The notes: generated from the letters alone by a model not told the origin. DNA of 56,362 bases, filler included, from Piptocephalis cylindrospora (GCA_003614145.1; 3 parts of 3 records of this genome joined end to end with filler, not necessarily neighbours in it), one strand, 5' to 3'; positions 25,084-38,235 are shown, numbered from the whole stretch's first letter. Numbers and translations are program-made.

Positions 25084-25354
25084 GATGATGATAAAACCTA
25101 TATATTTTCCTCAGGAGGGCGGGCTAAAGAGTATCCGAACACCGTGCCCGTCTTAGACACCAGCATACGTGGTACCAGGGCTCAATTTTATTAACTTTAC
25201 AAATTAGTATCCATCCATCTTCTCTTTAGCATAGGGTACACGTCGGGAGCATAGTGTTCCTGGTACCACACATGCCATCTATCTTAGCAGACACTGTGTT
25301 CGGGTGCCCATCCGCCCACCCCACTGGGGAAAATAAAATGGTTTCATCATCATC
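25084..25354. repeat. Degenerate foldback element, arms about 100 bp and spacer about 65 bp (MITE remnant or hairpin RNA)
   Basis: Colinear complementary blocks gatgatgataaaacc/ggtttcatcatcatc, tattttcctcag/ctggggaaaata, tccgaacac/gtgttcggg and gtggtaccagg/cctggtaccac. Confidence 0.85.
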
Positions 25355-26187
25355 ATGTTATGTTGGAAATGTATATTTGAATCTCACGATGGGATTGGAA
25401 GAGCTTGGAGTTTAGTCTTGGGAGATTTAATCAAAGCTTGGTTTTCTTTATCTTGGGGGATCCTGAATTGGTAAAATCGGACTTGGGGCATGTTCTTAAC
25501 TGGAATCAATTCTTATCGAGGGGTAGCTTAATCAGGGGAAGGTTCACGAGGAAGGAGAGGAGGGAAAAATGGAGGGAAATGGAACGTGTATTCTTCAGCC
25601 TGATGCAAAATAGGATCGAATGTCCAGCTACTTTTTCTTTGGGGTGGCTGAATGGGACATGACGGAGAGAGTGAGGAGGACGGAACTGATGTAAAGCTGA
25701 TGTTTCCCCAGGAAAAGGGAAGTAAGATTAGGATGAGGAAGGAGGGGAAAGGAAGGATGATAAAAAGACGAGGGCAACGTGTCCTAGAACGCGGAGATGT
25801 TCATTGTTGTCAAAATTGCGCGCACAGCAGCCAGACAGCAGGCGTGGTTACTTACAGGCGGGCTCGTTCGAATCCCCAGAGCCAATATTATTCTCACTGC
25901 ATTATCTAACATGACGCACACGACACGGCTAACGAAGTGGAATTGGCTCATCTTTGGCATCACACCACGCTTCAATTAGCCCAGGAAACCACGTTTCTCC
26001 GGAAAGCATGGACCATACTGTTGAGTAGCGCCTACTATGCACAAAGGAGTGCTTATCATGGCCCCGTCCCTCCCTTAACCATGCACTACAAAGGACAAGG
26101 ATACCCTTGAACCCCATGTAACCTTATCCTTATTTTACATGGGGATCTCAGCCCGATCCTTGTTCAAGTACTCCAAGCCCCCACCCC

Positions 26188-29100
26188 TTGAATCGCCTTG
26201 TCTTCTTCACAAAGCGCGTCTTCTTCCGTTTATCCCACCAAAAAGTCACCATGGATATTGATCCTTCCTCAGGAGTTCTTCGTGGTGTCACCGAACTCAC
26301 CTTTGATCTCCCCGAGATCCCCACCCTCCCTCCACCCACTCATCTGCAGCTTCATCTGCGGCAAGCCACTGTCCATGAAATTTATTGCAATGACACCCTC
26401 GTCCCTTCATTCTCTTACACGGACCCTTATGCTCAAATTCGACCTCGTATTCCCTCCACGGCTACCTTTGCCCAACGCATGGCCGATCTTCGGAAGCAAC
26501 ACCAGGACTGCTTGATTTCCTCATACAACCCAGATATGGGAGAATTATCCATTCCTTTACCTGATCTTGTCTTGAATGATCTTTTCGGCGAGAAAGCAAA
26601 TTCATCCGACGCTGCATCAGAAGAGGCAGAAACACCCTCCTCTATGGCTTTAGGAAAAGAGGGAGAGTCTGTAGCAAATAGCCAAGGCGAACCTACGGAT
26701 AAAAGGGTATGAATGGATGGGTGGGGCTTTGTCTATCTGGCCATTTCTTACCTCACAAACTCCTCTTGCTTTTCATAGTCATCTGATGGACATGATCAGC
26801 ATAATGTAATCAAAGTAGTAGAGGGAGGAAACGAGGATAAAAGGGAGATATTATCCTATTCATTAGGAGACTCTAAAATGGAGGATGTGGGAAATCGATC
26901 CAAAGGCCTCCAAATTCGCGTTCTATTTTCCTTGGATAACCCCCAAGAGGGCCTTTACTTTCTCTCCCAGCAACCTCCTCTTGTATGGGTAGGTCTTGGG
27001 AAAGAAGGAGTGCCTTTTTGTATATAGCTTGTGCTCTCGTTATTCCTACTCACACATACTCTTGGAATGCAGAGGTATCCCCAGGTGTATACAGGAGGAA
27101 TGGGTATTCCAGGGATAGTGCGCTTTTGGCTTCCGTGTGTGGATGAACTGCATGCTCGATGTACCTGGGAGCTAGAGTTTATCGTACCTCGGTATCTACA
27201 AGGCCCTGATGCCGAATCACGTGAAACTCAGGTGGTGTGTAGTGGAGATTGCGTTGACGAAGTAAGTGCTCATGATCCACTTTCTCTCCCCAAGGGGGCG
27301 TCTCGGCAGCTGATTGATCATCTTTCGGCTATCTGATCCCTCCCCTATCCTTACTAGTTTCTGCTTGAGGAAGACCAGGTTGATCTCGTTAGTCCAGAGG
27401 AAAGAAAAGTTGTCCGATATACAGTGAACACGGAAACGTCTGCATTAGGCATTGTATTTGCCATTGGCCCTTGGAGCCCAGTCTCTCTGATTCCTGGATC
27501 CGCCCAATCTTCCGAACTTGGCCACTGGGACAAAGATTTGCCTCTTCCAAAGAACATCGCTTTGACCCACCTTATGGGATATGCTCCAAAAGAAAGATTG
27601 CATGAGCTGGTAAATACTTGTCAGCTGGAGTCGCAGGTTCTGGATCAGTATATTGTCGACCTGGGTGGCTTTCCCTATCCCGCATACCGCATCGTCTTTA
27701 TCAAAGAGTCCATTGATGTAGCTATTCACGGTGCTGGCGTTACTCTCCTTAGGTAGGGGCGAAGAGGGGGCCAAAAGTTTGAATGCTCCTTTTTATCATA
27801 TTCAATTTTGCTCATTCTCTAAGCTCTTCATAGTGAAAATCTGCTTTATCCGAGCTCAGTCATGGAACAAGGATTTGAGACCCAGCGTATTTTAGATTTG
27901 GCCTTGGCCACCCAATGGTTTGGCCAGTATATTCTTCCGAGGAATTGGTAGGTTGCACGGGAAGCTTCCTGCTTTTACGACGCTCTCTTATTCCCTTTCG
28001 TCTTTTAGGTCGGACATGTGGCTAATCCTTGGAATTGCAGGCCACGTTAGTATGCAATCTATGCGGCAGTGGTGGGGTGGAAATGAGACCCTCTTTCGGC
28101 TACAAAAGGTTCGTCACACTACCTTATCCTTTTAGATCATTGGCATTGCCCCCTCCCTCCCCCCTTTCTCCCTCTTTCTCCCTCACACATATACATACCT
28201 CCCCTCCCCATTAGGATATCCATAGATGCTGTGATCTGGATGTGGAAAGGGATCCATTGTGCGAGCCTACCTTGAGACATCCCCCCTACCCTGAAACACA
28301 GGAGTTTATGCGAGTCAAGGCCCCCCTTGTCCTGTACATGCTAGACCAAAAGTTGGTCCGGGAGATAACTTCGGTGGCTGGTTCGGCCTCGGCCACCATC
28401 TCTTCCCTTCTTATGGTTGAAGGTGCCAAGGTTCAGGAAGGTAAGGGCAATGGTCAGGCTACCATCTCCTTGGCTGCCAATGTGGGCTTATCTCGGGTTC
28501 GGAAGAGTATCCTCCTCGCCGCCCTGAGTGGTGAATTGGATGGGGGTCTGGGAACCGGTTGGTTCCTCCGTGCCTGTAAGCGTCTCTCTTCGGCTACAAC
28601 TGGCTCTCTGGATGCCTCTGGGGCCGAAAAATCCGGAGGAATCCGAAATCTTCTTGATCGAGGAGGTATGGGCAGTGAGGAACTTCGGGCCTTTGCCAGC
28701 CAGTGGATTTTTGGTCGTGGGTGCCCGGTCATCCGCGTGGATTGGGCCTTTAATCGGAAAAGGATGGTAGTGGAGCTTCGTGTCCTTCAAACCAACACTA
28801 CCACGGACTGGTATGAATCTCTCTCCGATGATGCCAACTCTACCGTTGCCGCCTCCAATAACTCGTCAGATGATAAGGGAACTGAGGGTGGAAAGGAAAC
28901 CCATGGGTCTACCGGGTCCAAGAAGCCCAAGGCTCCCAAAACCTCAAACTTGCCCGGATCCGGGGATGTTGATGTTACCAAAAACCGAGAAGTCCCGGAA
29001 GAAACTCAGTTCCCTGGCCCCTTCATTGTCCGCATCCGTGAGGCGGATGGTGTTACCTATGAGCATGAACTGCTTCTCTCTGGGAAGACAGAAGAATGGC

Positions 29101-32100
29101 AGCGTTTTGATGTGCCCTTCAATACAAAGTATAAGCGAGTTCGCAAAGGCTTGGGTGGGGGCGTTGGAGGAAGTCGATGGACCGGGCTGGTCACCTCCGT
29201 CCTACGCAGGGAAGGCTCAGGTTCCATCGACGCCGCCTCTATGGCTGGGGGGATTGGCATGGAGAATGCGGAGAATTACGATGAAGATGGGGAAGGGGAG
29301 GGGGATGGACCGTCAGGTGAAGGATCCGATGTATATGGGCAGCGGGGTCGGGAAGCCTGGGATACGGATGAAAAGGATATCTTAGGGGGTGAAGAGGAGG
29401 CTAGAAGGAAGTGGGCAGCCGTTGAGTGGTCCGAGGAGGCCGAGGCCTCCCAACCCTCTCAGCCCATGACTGCCTCAGCCGCCGCTGCTGCCGCTGCCCT
29501 TACCAATGCCAGCGGTAACTTTGAGTGGTTACGCGTCGATGCTGATGGGTCTTGGTTGGGTCGGGTGCGGCTCCGACAGGAACCGCCCATGTGGGCCGCC
29601 CAACTAGCCGGGGAGGGCGACGTGGTCGCCCAATTGGGCGCTGTTCGAGCTCTTGCCCTTAGTCCCTCTCCAGCTGCCTCCACTTCTCTTCTCCGAGCAG
29701 CCCTCGAGCCCCGATACCACCCCGGAGTACGCTCTGAGGCTGTGGTGGCCATGGCTCGGTGCCGACAAGGCGCGTATCAACGTCTCTCCAACCTCCTCTG
29801 TGCTGGGGGGTGGGGTAGAGCTTGTCGCATAGAGGAAGGGGGAACGAAGGAGGAGGGAGGAGGAGAGGAGTGGATGCTCCTGGATGGAGGCCTTCGTGGA
29901 GGGGCCGATGGTAGGGTAGGTAGATCAGTTATTCGTGCCCTGGGCCTTGTCCGAGGGGAGGAACGACGTAGGTGCATTCGTCTCCTCCTCTCCCTCCTTC
30001 GGTATTACGGAGTAGATGAACCCCAGGATGGTCAGGGGAATGCGTGGGCTGTGTGCACCCTTATTGCGGCCTTGGGGGCTGCCTATTGCCAGGACATTCG
30101 ACCTGATCCTCATGGGGGGATGGACCGACGCAATTGGTTTCAAGGAGGTGGCTGGCTTGGTTGGACACCTCCACCTGTACGACGAATTGCGGAAGAGGAG
30201 GAAGAAGAGGATGATGAAGGGCATGGGCACAAAAACCAGCTTAAAGATGAAGAAGAGATGGTATTTCAAGAGGCCATGCGTGAAGTCGATCGATGGATGG
30301 TCCGCGAGATGGAGAGGCAAAGAACTCGGTCTGGTACATCCTATCGTGGTATGATCCTTGCCACTTGTATCCGCACCATTTGGCAGTGGATGGCCGCTCG
30401 CCGCTTACCCCTTCGGTGGGAACCCCTTGTTCGATGGGCCGAGTGGTCCCATGGCTCTGGAGAGGATACCTACGAGGCGGACCGAGAGGTGAGATGTGCG
30501 GCCCTTGAAGGTCTCCTTGTTCTCGGAATCTGGAGGGAAGAGCCTCCTATCCGATCATGGCTTCTTTCTCTGGTCCTTTCAGATCCTGATCGAGGGATTC
30601 GACGCTGGCTCGCAAAAAGATGGGTTCAGGTAGTCTCCTCTGGTCGAAGCCAAAGATCCCATGGGTCAGATGGTAAGAACGTATTCGGAGGGGACGATCG
30701 GGAAGAGGAGGTTTCTAGGGATGGGACTATTCGACAAATGATGCTTGAGGCCTTTGGTGGGCTGGAAGAGAACGATGATGAGGGCGATGATGATGATGAA
30801 GACGAGAATGATAAGGACAACAAGGATAATAACCATGATGGAATGGATGAGCAAGATGAGGAGCACAATGCCCCGAAGGATCAAGTGGTCATTAAGCTAG
30901 AGATAACTGGTGAGGAGGGACCTAGTACGGACCATAAAGATGGAGAGAGTGCCTTTGACCAGATAGGCCAAGCTCAAGACCTAGAGTCAGGCTCCCCACA
31001 TGGAACAAGCTCGGATGATACTTCATCCACTGTTAAATCTGAAGAGGTCGATTTTACCGAGATGAAGCCAAATGAGGAGAAAATCCCGGAAAAGGGGCCT
31101 GGGCACGTCAAAGGAGCCGATGAGATCACATCTTCTTCTTCATTCCCAGGTATTCCCATCTCCATGAGCTCTCAGATAAGAAGCGACCTACTACAAGACC
31201 CTGTCCTTGCTGAGCAAGTCATTCTTCTTGGCTCCATTCTTTGGTCTTATGAGCAATTGGAGAGGATGGTGGCAGTGGAGGTGAACCCTGAAGAAGGGCC
31301 TGCTGGGGTCTTAGAGGAAGAGGAAAAAGAGAGAGACAAAGCCAGGCAAGGAGAAGGAGGGAAAATTCGGCTCAAGGTGGGAGGAATGCTCGGTTCAGGC
31401 CCCAGTGAGCCCCTCTCCACCCCCCAGACTCACTCAGGCGCCATGCGATGGGTGAATGAAGATGGGGAGGAGGAAGAGATGGTGGATGTGGATGATGAGG
31501 GAGATACCTCTGGTTACTACGGAGCAGGCTTGACCAGCGCACTCAAAGCCCGAGCTTCTGCCCTGCCGAAATCACCACGGCGGAAGCGCAAGGCTGAAAC
31601 CCGGTCAAAAGACATGCCAGAAGGCTTGCCGTTGGAGGAAAAAACAAAGAGGAAAAGACAACGGACAGCACGAGATATGGACCATCGGCTGTGTCGTCAA
31701 TGGCTTAAGCGCATTGAGACTCATCGCTCCGCCTTCCTGTTCTTGCATCCCGTGGATCCAGTGGCTCATGGTGCACCTGATTATCATCAGGTTATTAAGA
31801 AGCCTATGGATTTAGGCACCATTCGAGCAAAACTTGATGCACAGGATGAGCTGGCGTCTAAAGGGGAAGAGGGAGATGAAGAGCGAAAAGGAGAAGACGT
31901 AAAATACGGGTCTAGGGAGATGTGGGACGATGTCCGATCCATCCTGGATAATTGCTATACCTACAACCCTGCTGGCTCCTATGCCTATACCCAGGCCCAG
32001 GAGTTGGAAACAGTGGTCAAGCGAGGATGGAAGAAGGTCTTTGGGTCGTTGCCAGGGGAGGAGAAAGGGCCAGGCGGGAGTGACCTTGCGGAGGAGGAAA

Positions 32101-34251
32101 GAAAATCACAGCAGGAAGAAGAGGTTTCAAAGGTTGAGGACACTATCACTCCAGTCCGAGATTTAGAGGCGGATGCATCTCACCCAATCCAGCTAGATGC
32201 AAAGGCCGTTGGCATCAAAGAGGAGCTTTCCAATGTCCTGGATATTCTAAAAGCTCATCCGAGTGCCAGAGCCTTCCTCATCCCAGTAGATCCTGATGCA
32301 CTAGGAGTCCCTACATACCGCGATATCATCCGTCACCCGATGGATCTAGGGACGATGCAAGCTCACCTTGACTCTGGGACTGGAACATCCGATCGACCTG
32401 CCTATGATGAGGGCGCTGATGGAGTTCGGGCTTTCCAAGCCGACTTTCGCCGCATCATATCCAATTGCCGGCTGTTCAACGGCCCAGATGATTGGATTGT
32501 AAAAGAGGCCAAGACACTTGAAGGAGTCTATCATCGGGCTTGGTCTAAATCGTCTCTTCTCACCAGTCTTTCTTCTGAGGAGGAGGGAGGGGAGAGCACC
32601 GTAGATGCGAGTCTGGAATCAGGAGCATCCATAGCTCAGGGCCAAGTAGTGACCTTGGCTCCCGAAACGCCCGTTCCTACGGGGCCTAGCAAGATTCGAC
32701 TCAAGTTGACAGGACTCAATGTGGCCAAAAAATCACCAGCGACCAAGGCGCCAAGTCGCCCTGTTATCCCACCGATACAGCAGAAGAAAGTACGATTTAC
32801 GGGGGACAAGGCCAGTGCCATTCTTCTCCAGTTGCTTTCTTCTCCCTCGGCCCCCCTTTTCCGCCTTCCTGTGGATTGGCAAGGGATGGGACTCACCGAT
32901 TACCCAGACAAGGTCAAAGAACCCATGGACCTTTCCACCATTCAGAGTCATATTGACCAAAACTTTTACCAAAAGGTAGGGGAGTCCAAAGTGAAGGAAA
33001 TTGTTGGGAGTGAAGAACGAATGGCAGAAGAGACAGATACCCTTAAGGAGGCAGCAGCATGGGAAGCTTTTCGGCAGGACCTGGTCCGGATATTCCGAGC
33101 AGCCTTCACTTATAATGCTCGGGGAACCTTTGCTTCTCAGCAGGCCACCAAGCTCAAGGGTGAGGCGGAACGGGCCTTGGATAAGGCCGGCATTACCTCC
33201 TTTGTGCACGCAGCTGCCCTTGAGGTGCAAAAATCCCGGGGCCTACCTGCAGGATCCAAGGAGGTGTGGACCCCGAAGGTTGGTCGAAAGATTCTCCGGA
33301 AGCTCAAATCCCTTCATCCACACTCTGCGCCCTTTGTCAATCCGGTGGACTGGAAGCGCCTCCGCATCCCTCATTATCTCGAGATGATCAAGGAGCCCAT
33401 GGACCTTGGAACTGTAGGGCAAAGGGTGGACGAAGCAATGTATGAGGTATCGAGTCTTCTTGACACGGTGGTCCGGGAGGCGGAGACAGATGAGGAGAGC
33501 AAGGCACTGGCTGAAGGAGGGATGCAATCTTGGATGCTTACTCGGGACGAATCCTCCTGGGCCCGAGACACTCTATTGATATTTGGTAATTGCTATCAAT
33601 TCAATGGTCCGGATTCAGAGGTTTCTCAACAGGCCAAGATTCTAGAAAGGGCCTTTTGGGCCGAGTTGCGTCGGTTCAAGGAGTCAAGTGATCCAGGGCC
33701 GGATGGGAAAAAGCGGCCTGGGAAGAATCAGAAGGCAGGATCTGAAAAGGCCGGGTCTCGGAAGAGGCAGCGAAATCGTCGTGATGAGGCGGAGGAAGAG
33801 GATGGAGGGGAGGAAGAAGCTGAAGAAGCTAAATCCGGACCCGGAAAAGAGAAGGGAGGATGGTACGCTAAGGCAAGAACAATATGGAAAATGCTCTCCG
33901 GAATACCCGAGGCCAGTCCTTTTCTTTATGCCGTAAGTTTCTTTTTTGCCTCTCGAGGGATTACACCATATCTGCCTCTTATTCCTCCTCCCTCATACTT
34001 AGGTTGATGCTGAGGCTCTCAATATCCCTGATTACTATGCCAAAGTGACCAAGCCGATGGATCTTGCGTCTATTCGTAAAAAATTGGATCGTACCTCCTA
34101 TAAGGATCCCCAGGGCTTCATTCAAGACATTCGCCAGATCCGCCTCAACACTGAATTGTACAATGGGGCAGATCACCCAGTGTCGCAGATGGCGCAAGCG
34201 ATGGAGAGCATCTTTGATCAAGCAGTCCAAGATCAAAGTTTAAATGAGTAA
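26188..34251 (+). CDS. TAF2: TFIID subunit 2 with five C-terminal bromodomains; multi-exon, start codon unresolved, last intron 33933-34002
   Basis: Motifs HQKVTMDID, WLPCVDELHARCTWELEF, LALATQWFG (no HExxH), KAPLVLYMLD, QWIFGRGCP, FNRKRMVVEL and DVVAQLGAV, then five PVD...Y...PMDL...N units. Confidence 0.93.
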
Positions 34252-34525
34252 ATGGGGACGAGCGTGCATGGTTTTCAGGCAAAGTTGGGCATTCGGAATG
34301 GACACGGATAGGGCAGGTGAAGGGTGTCTCGGAAAGGTGGATAGACGCTGGATAAATCGTCATTTATCCTTATGGAGCATAGACGCATTCTAATTGGCTC
34401 TATCGGTTAATAATAAAGAACAGTATATTATTACAAGAAACAGTAGACATGGAGTAGGCGAGGAGGGAAAAAATTGGTAAGGGCAAAGTATGGCCAGCCC
34501 CATACGTACTTTCCCTCCCTCTCCC

Positions 34526-37161
34526 TCATTCCTCACTCTCTTCACCCTGCTCCCTTCTTCCTTCTTTTGAAGGGTCAAGGAGAGCAGTGGATCCAGATAT
34601 ATCTCCAGGGATGACATCCTTGATGAGAAAGGGGCTCCAGTGCAGCCTATCAGGATGAACGCGCTTCTCCTCAAATCGAGCAAGGGAGGTGGCGTACTCC
34701 TTGGCCAGAACATCTACATCAGGAATGAGAGGATAATCACTTGTGGGGTCAAGAGGGCTAATTCCCAGGATTTTGAGGGTCTCGAGGATGTCAGGCCGGG
34801 TCATGCCAGTCCGTAGGCCGATTTCGGTAATACTCGGGGTCCGGGGACCAGGTTGCTCATGCCGATCCTGACGAAGGAGAGGAAGGAGATAGGCAAGTAG
34901 GGCGTTGGCCCAATAGGCACGGTAGGAAGCAGCACCCAGATCCGAGAGGGGGCGCTCGGGGGTCCCGACTCTACACTCCTTACGGGAAAGAAGGTAGGAG
35001 AGGTCCATCATGGTAGCACCATAGCCTTTACGTCTACCCGGAGGAAGGACGACGATGCAAGATAGGTTGTAATCATTAGCACTGCGTTTTTCCTTACTAA
35101 AGTACCCAACAATGTGACAGCCTTCATCGTCTACTTCGGTAAGGACGTAGAAGAGGAAGGGCTCCACATCGTAGTAGAGAGTCTTGTGATCCAAGAAGAG
35201 CTTGGCAAGGAGGCAAAGGTTTTGGCAATAGATACGGTGCTTCCGGCCATCGACCTCAAAGACCGAGTAGGACTCGGCCCGGTAAACCTCATCCCCTGGA
35301 GGATGTCTCCAGGGACATTTAAGAAGGTGGCGTTGGGCGGTAAAGGAGCCGGACATGTACTTGAGGCACCATTCGCAAATATGTAGTAGGGGAAGTTGAG
35401 CATATTCCTCGGGATATGGAGCAAGGTAATCGGCGGCAATGCGGGATTTCCCAAGAACGATGGTCTGGACACCAGGACGACTGAGCGCTTCGGCCTCTCC
35501 CCCATCATCCCCTGCAGGGGTAGCGGCTGAGGGGTAGTTGGAGGGGGTCTGATCCCCAGCATTGGAGTCCCTTGATTCCTTCCCGGTGGCCTCGCCCAAG
35601 GCTCCAATCTCCTCTTCCATCCGTGCTTTGGCCATGGACTCGGCCAGACGAAAGAGAGCACGATCAGTGAGTCGTGGCTTTTGTTTGGTGGTATCTGCAT
35701 CGGCATCCGAGAGCTTTCCACCAAAAGGAATTTCTGGCTCCAGAGGATGATCCTGGCCTGATGCGGCCGGCAGATTGACTGCAGTGGTTATGGAAGAGGG
35801 TGTCTTTTGTCCACGGGATCTTTTCTTTGAATTGTCTAAAAAATTGAGCAGGAAGGAGGGTCAGGTAAAACAAAGGAGTCCTAGCCCCATCACCACAGCA
35901 CAGACCTTCGCCTTCCGAATCAGAGGAAATGATGAAGCGTAATCGACGTTTCGAGGCTTTTTTCTCCATAGGCTCCCGTGTCAAAGCTGAGGCGGTATGA
36001 CGATGACGCTGTACAGGCATCTCGTCTTCCCCCCCCTCCCTCTCCAAGGGATAAGTAGAATTCCTAGAGGCGCCTTCGCCTCCCCGTAAAGTCCGTCGAG
36101 AGGTACGGCGGGTAGCGTGGACTTCAGGTTGGGGGCGTCTCCTGGAACGACGAGTACCAATAACGGGTAAAAAATCGCCATCCTCCTCATCCTCTCCCAT
36201 CTGATGCTCGATCCCCAGTCGCAATCTTCTTCCCCTCCTTCCCGGAGAATCCAGGGAAGGGAGGGAGGGTGAAGGAGCATCCTCGGCCCTGGGGGTATGA
36301 CGCTCGGAGCGGCGGGTGGGAGTTCCGGAAACTGGACTCTTTGGACGAATAGGGGAGGAATGGGCGGAAGCAAGACGTTTGGGTCGCCTAGGTGTACTAG
36401 CCACTCCCTTGGTAAGGTGACCATCCTCACCTTGCCATGCCATTTCACATTCCTCACACACCCAATGGCCTAATGACATGGGAGAAGGATGGGGATCAGT
36501 ACGATTAGATGAGACAGGAGGAGTTAAACAGTTCTAATATACTCTCCCATCCCCTCACTTACCTTCCTGGGGAATTTCTCGAAGGGGATTGGAGAGACAC
36601 GGTTTATGATAGCTGCGGAGGCAAACTCGGCAAAGGTGTAACGGATCAGTGGGAAGGTGCTCGGGCTCAAGACATGTGGAACATACACGACATTCGGAGC
36701 ACGTCCATGCGTGGGCCTGGGCCGGATTGGCCTCCCAGGCCGAGGCAGGGATGGCGGATGGTTTGGGTAAAACCAACTCTGTGCAACTACGATGAAAGTG
36801 CTTATGACACTCCTCACACTCCACCATTCCCTTTTCTTCGTCATTCCCCATCTCCTCGCCCGTTTCGTGGAAGTCAGTGGAGGATATGGGCAGGGAACGG
36901 GCGCATCGAGGACATCTTTCTCGATGAGATCGAGAAGGCATGGCGGAAACGCTCTGTCAAAAAAGGGAGTCGAGTGGGTGAGAAGGTGCTATACTTCTCC
37001 AGCCTAGCTCACATTCTTACCTGTTTGACCAACGGGGATGACTCGACCGGGAAAGGAAAGGGGGGAGAGGTAGGGCTAACGGTTGTCACTGGAGTAACGA
37101 TATTGGCCGGGGAGGGTACTGGATGGGCTGGAGAGGCCGTCGATGTGGCTGGGTAGGCCAT
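34526..37161 (-). CDS. SAS3: MYST histone acetyltransferase (Sas3/KAT6-like) with an N-terminal double PHD finger; introns 36954-37020, 36470-36562, 35836-35905
   Basis: C2HC zinc finger, YCQNLCLLAKLFLDHKTLYYDV, VGYFSKEK and GTPERPLSDLG. A Sas3-type PFGGKLSDADADT motif and tandem C4HC3 fingers joined by WTCSECRVCSTC. Confidence 0.9.
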
Positions 37162-37553
37162 CGAATTGGGGTATCTGGGAAGAGGAAAAGGGAGGTCTTG
37201 ATGGTCAAGAAAAAGCGGGAGGGAGAGGGGAGGAGGTGAATCACCAAGTGTATTGGTGGAGGAATCCTTTGTTGACGTTGGAGACACTTCAGGTCCACAC
37301 GTACACACACACGCACACACTGGCCAGTAGGGCAATCGGCGAGGATGCAGGTGCTTTTGAGGAGCAATCCACTAAAGGGAAACTTAGGCCGAGAAGGATT
37401 GAAAAGAGAAGAAACAGGGAGGGAGGGGGAGGAAGAGGGCGGAAGGAGTAATGTGCGAGCGAAATGAGTAGGATGAGGAGGATAGAAAAAGGTGGCCACC
37501 AAGTCTCTCCAAGCTCGATAGGGAAAGCGCTTTGAGTGCACGGCTTATCAATG

Positions 37554-37653
37554 NNNNNNNNNNNNNNNNNNNNNNNNNNNNNNNNNNNNNNNNNNNNTTA
37601 ATTAATTAANNNNNNNNNNNNNNNNNNNNNNNNNNNNNNNNNNNNNNNNNNNN
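37554..37653. other. Artificial contig linker N44-TTAATTAATTAA-N44
   Basis: Identical to the first linker. Confidence 0.97.
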
Positions 37654-38235
37654 CGGAACTTTGAACTGGTCCTCCTCGATCATGGGTTGTACCGAGAGCT
37701 GACACGGGATTTCCGAACGGATTATGCTCGGTTGTGGCGGGCCTTGATCGAGGGGGACGAACCGGGGATCCGGGAGTACTCGCACCGGATCAGTGGCACG
37801 GACCTATATCGACTATTCGCTAGTATGCTCACAGGAAGGGACTGGACACATATTGCCTCAACGCAACTAGGGACGGAGATGGGCGAACAGGAGAAGAGCC
37901 AGGTACAGGAGAAACTTCCCCTCTTCCTTCTTCAACTAGCCGAAGTACTTCGGCGGGTCCCACGGGTAGTTCTTCTCCTCCTCAAGACCAATGACCTCCT
38001 TCGCAGTGTGCAGTCGACCCTGCGGGCGGATTACCCACCCACTTGGTCCTTTGTCCTCATGGGTCTTTACTGCCTCCGCGCCATTCGTCGGGAGGAGGTG
38101 CGATCTAGCGGAGCTTGGTGGGGCGGGATACGGGCATGGATATCGTATCTTCGGGTGGCCTCCCTGCTTTCCTTGTATGGGGTATGGCTTCGTGCCCAGG
38201 TGATGACCCGACGGCTGATTCGTGTATCCCAGTAG
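37654..38235 (+). CDS. ABC1/UbiB atypical kinase (ADCK1/Mcp2-like), 3' fragment truncated by the contig start
   Basis: Motifs LVLLDHGLYREL...YARLW and VPRVVLLLLKTNDLLR. Confidence 0.85.
   Translation, partial: RNFELVLLDHGLYRELTRDFRTDYARLWRALIEGDEPGIREYSHRISGTDLYRLFASMLTGRDWTHIASTQLGTEMGEQEKSQVQEKLPLFLLQLAEVLRRVPRVVLLLLKTNDLLRSVQSTLRADYPPTWSFVLMGLYCLRAIRREEVRSSGAWWGGIRAWISYLRVASLLSLYGVWLRAQVMTRRLIRVSQ

Noticed and set aside
25855..25885. tRNA-like GTTCGAATCCC
   Set aside because: No T-stem, acceptor stem or A-box.
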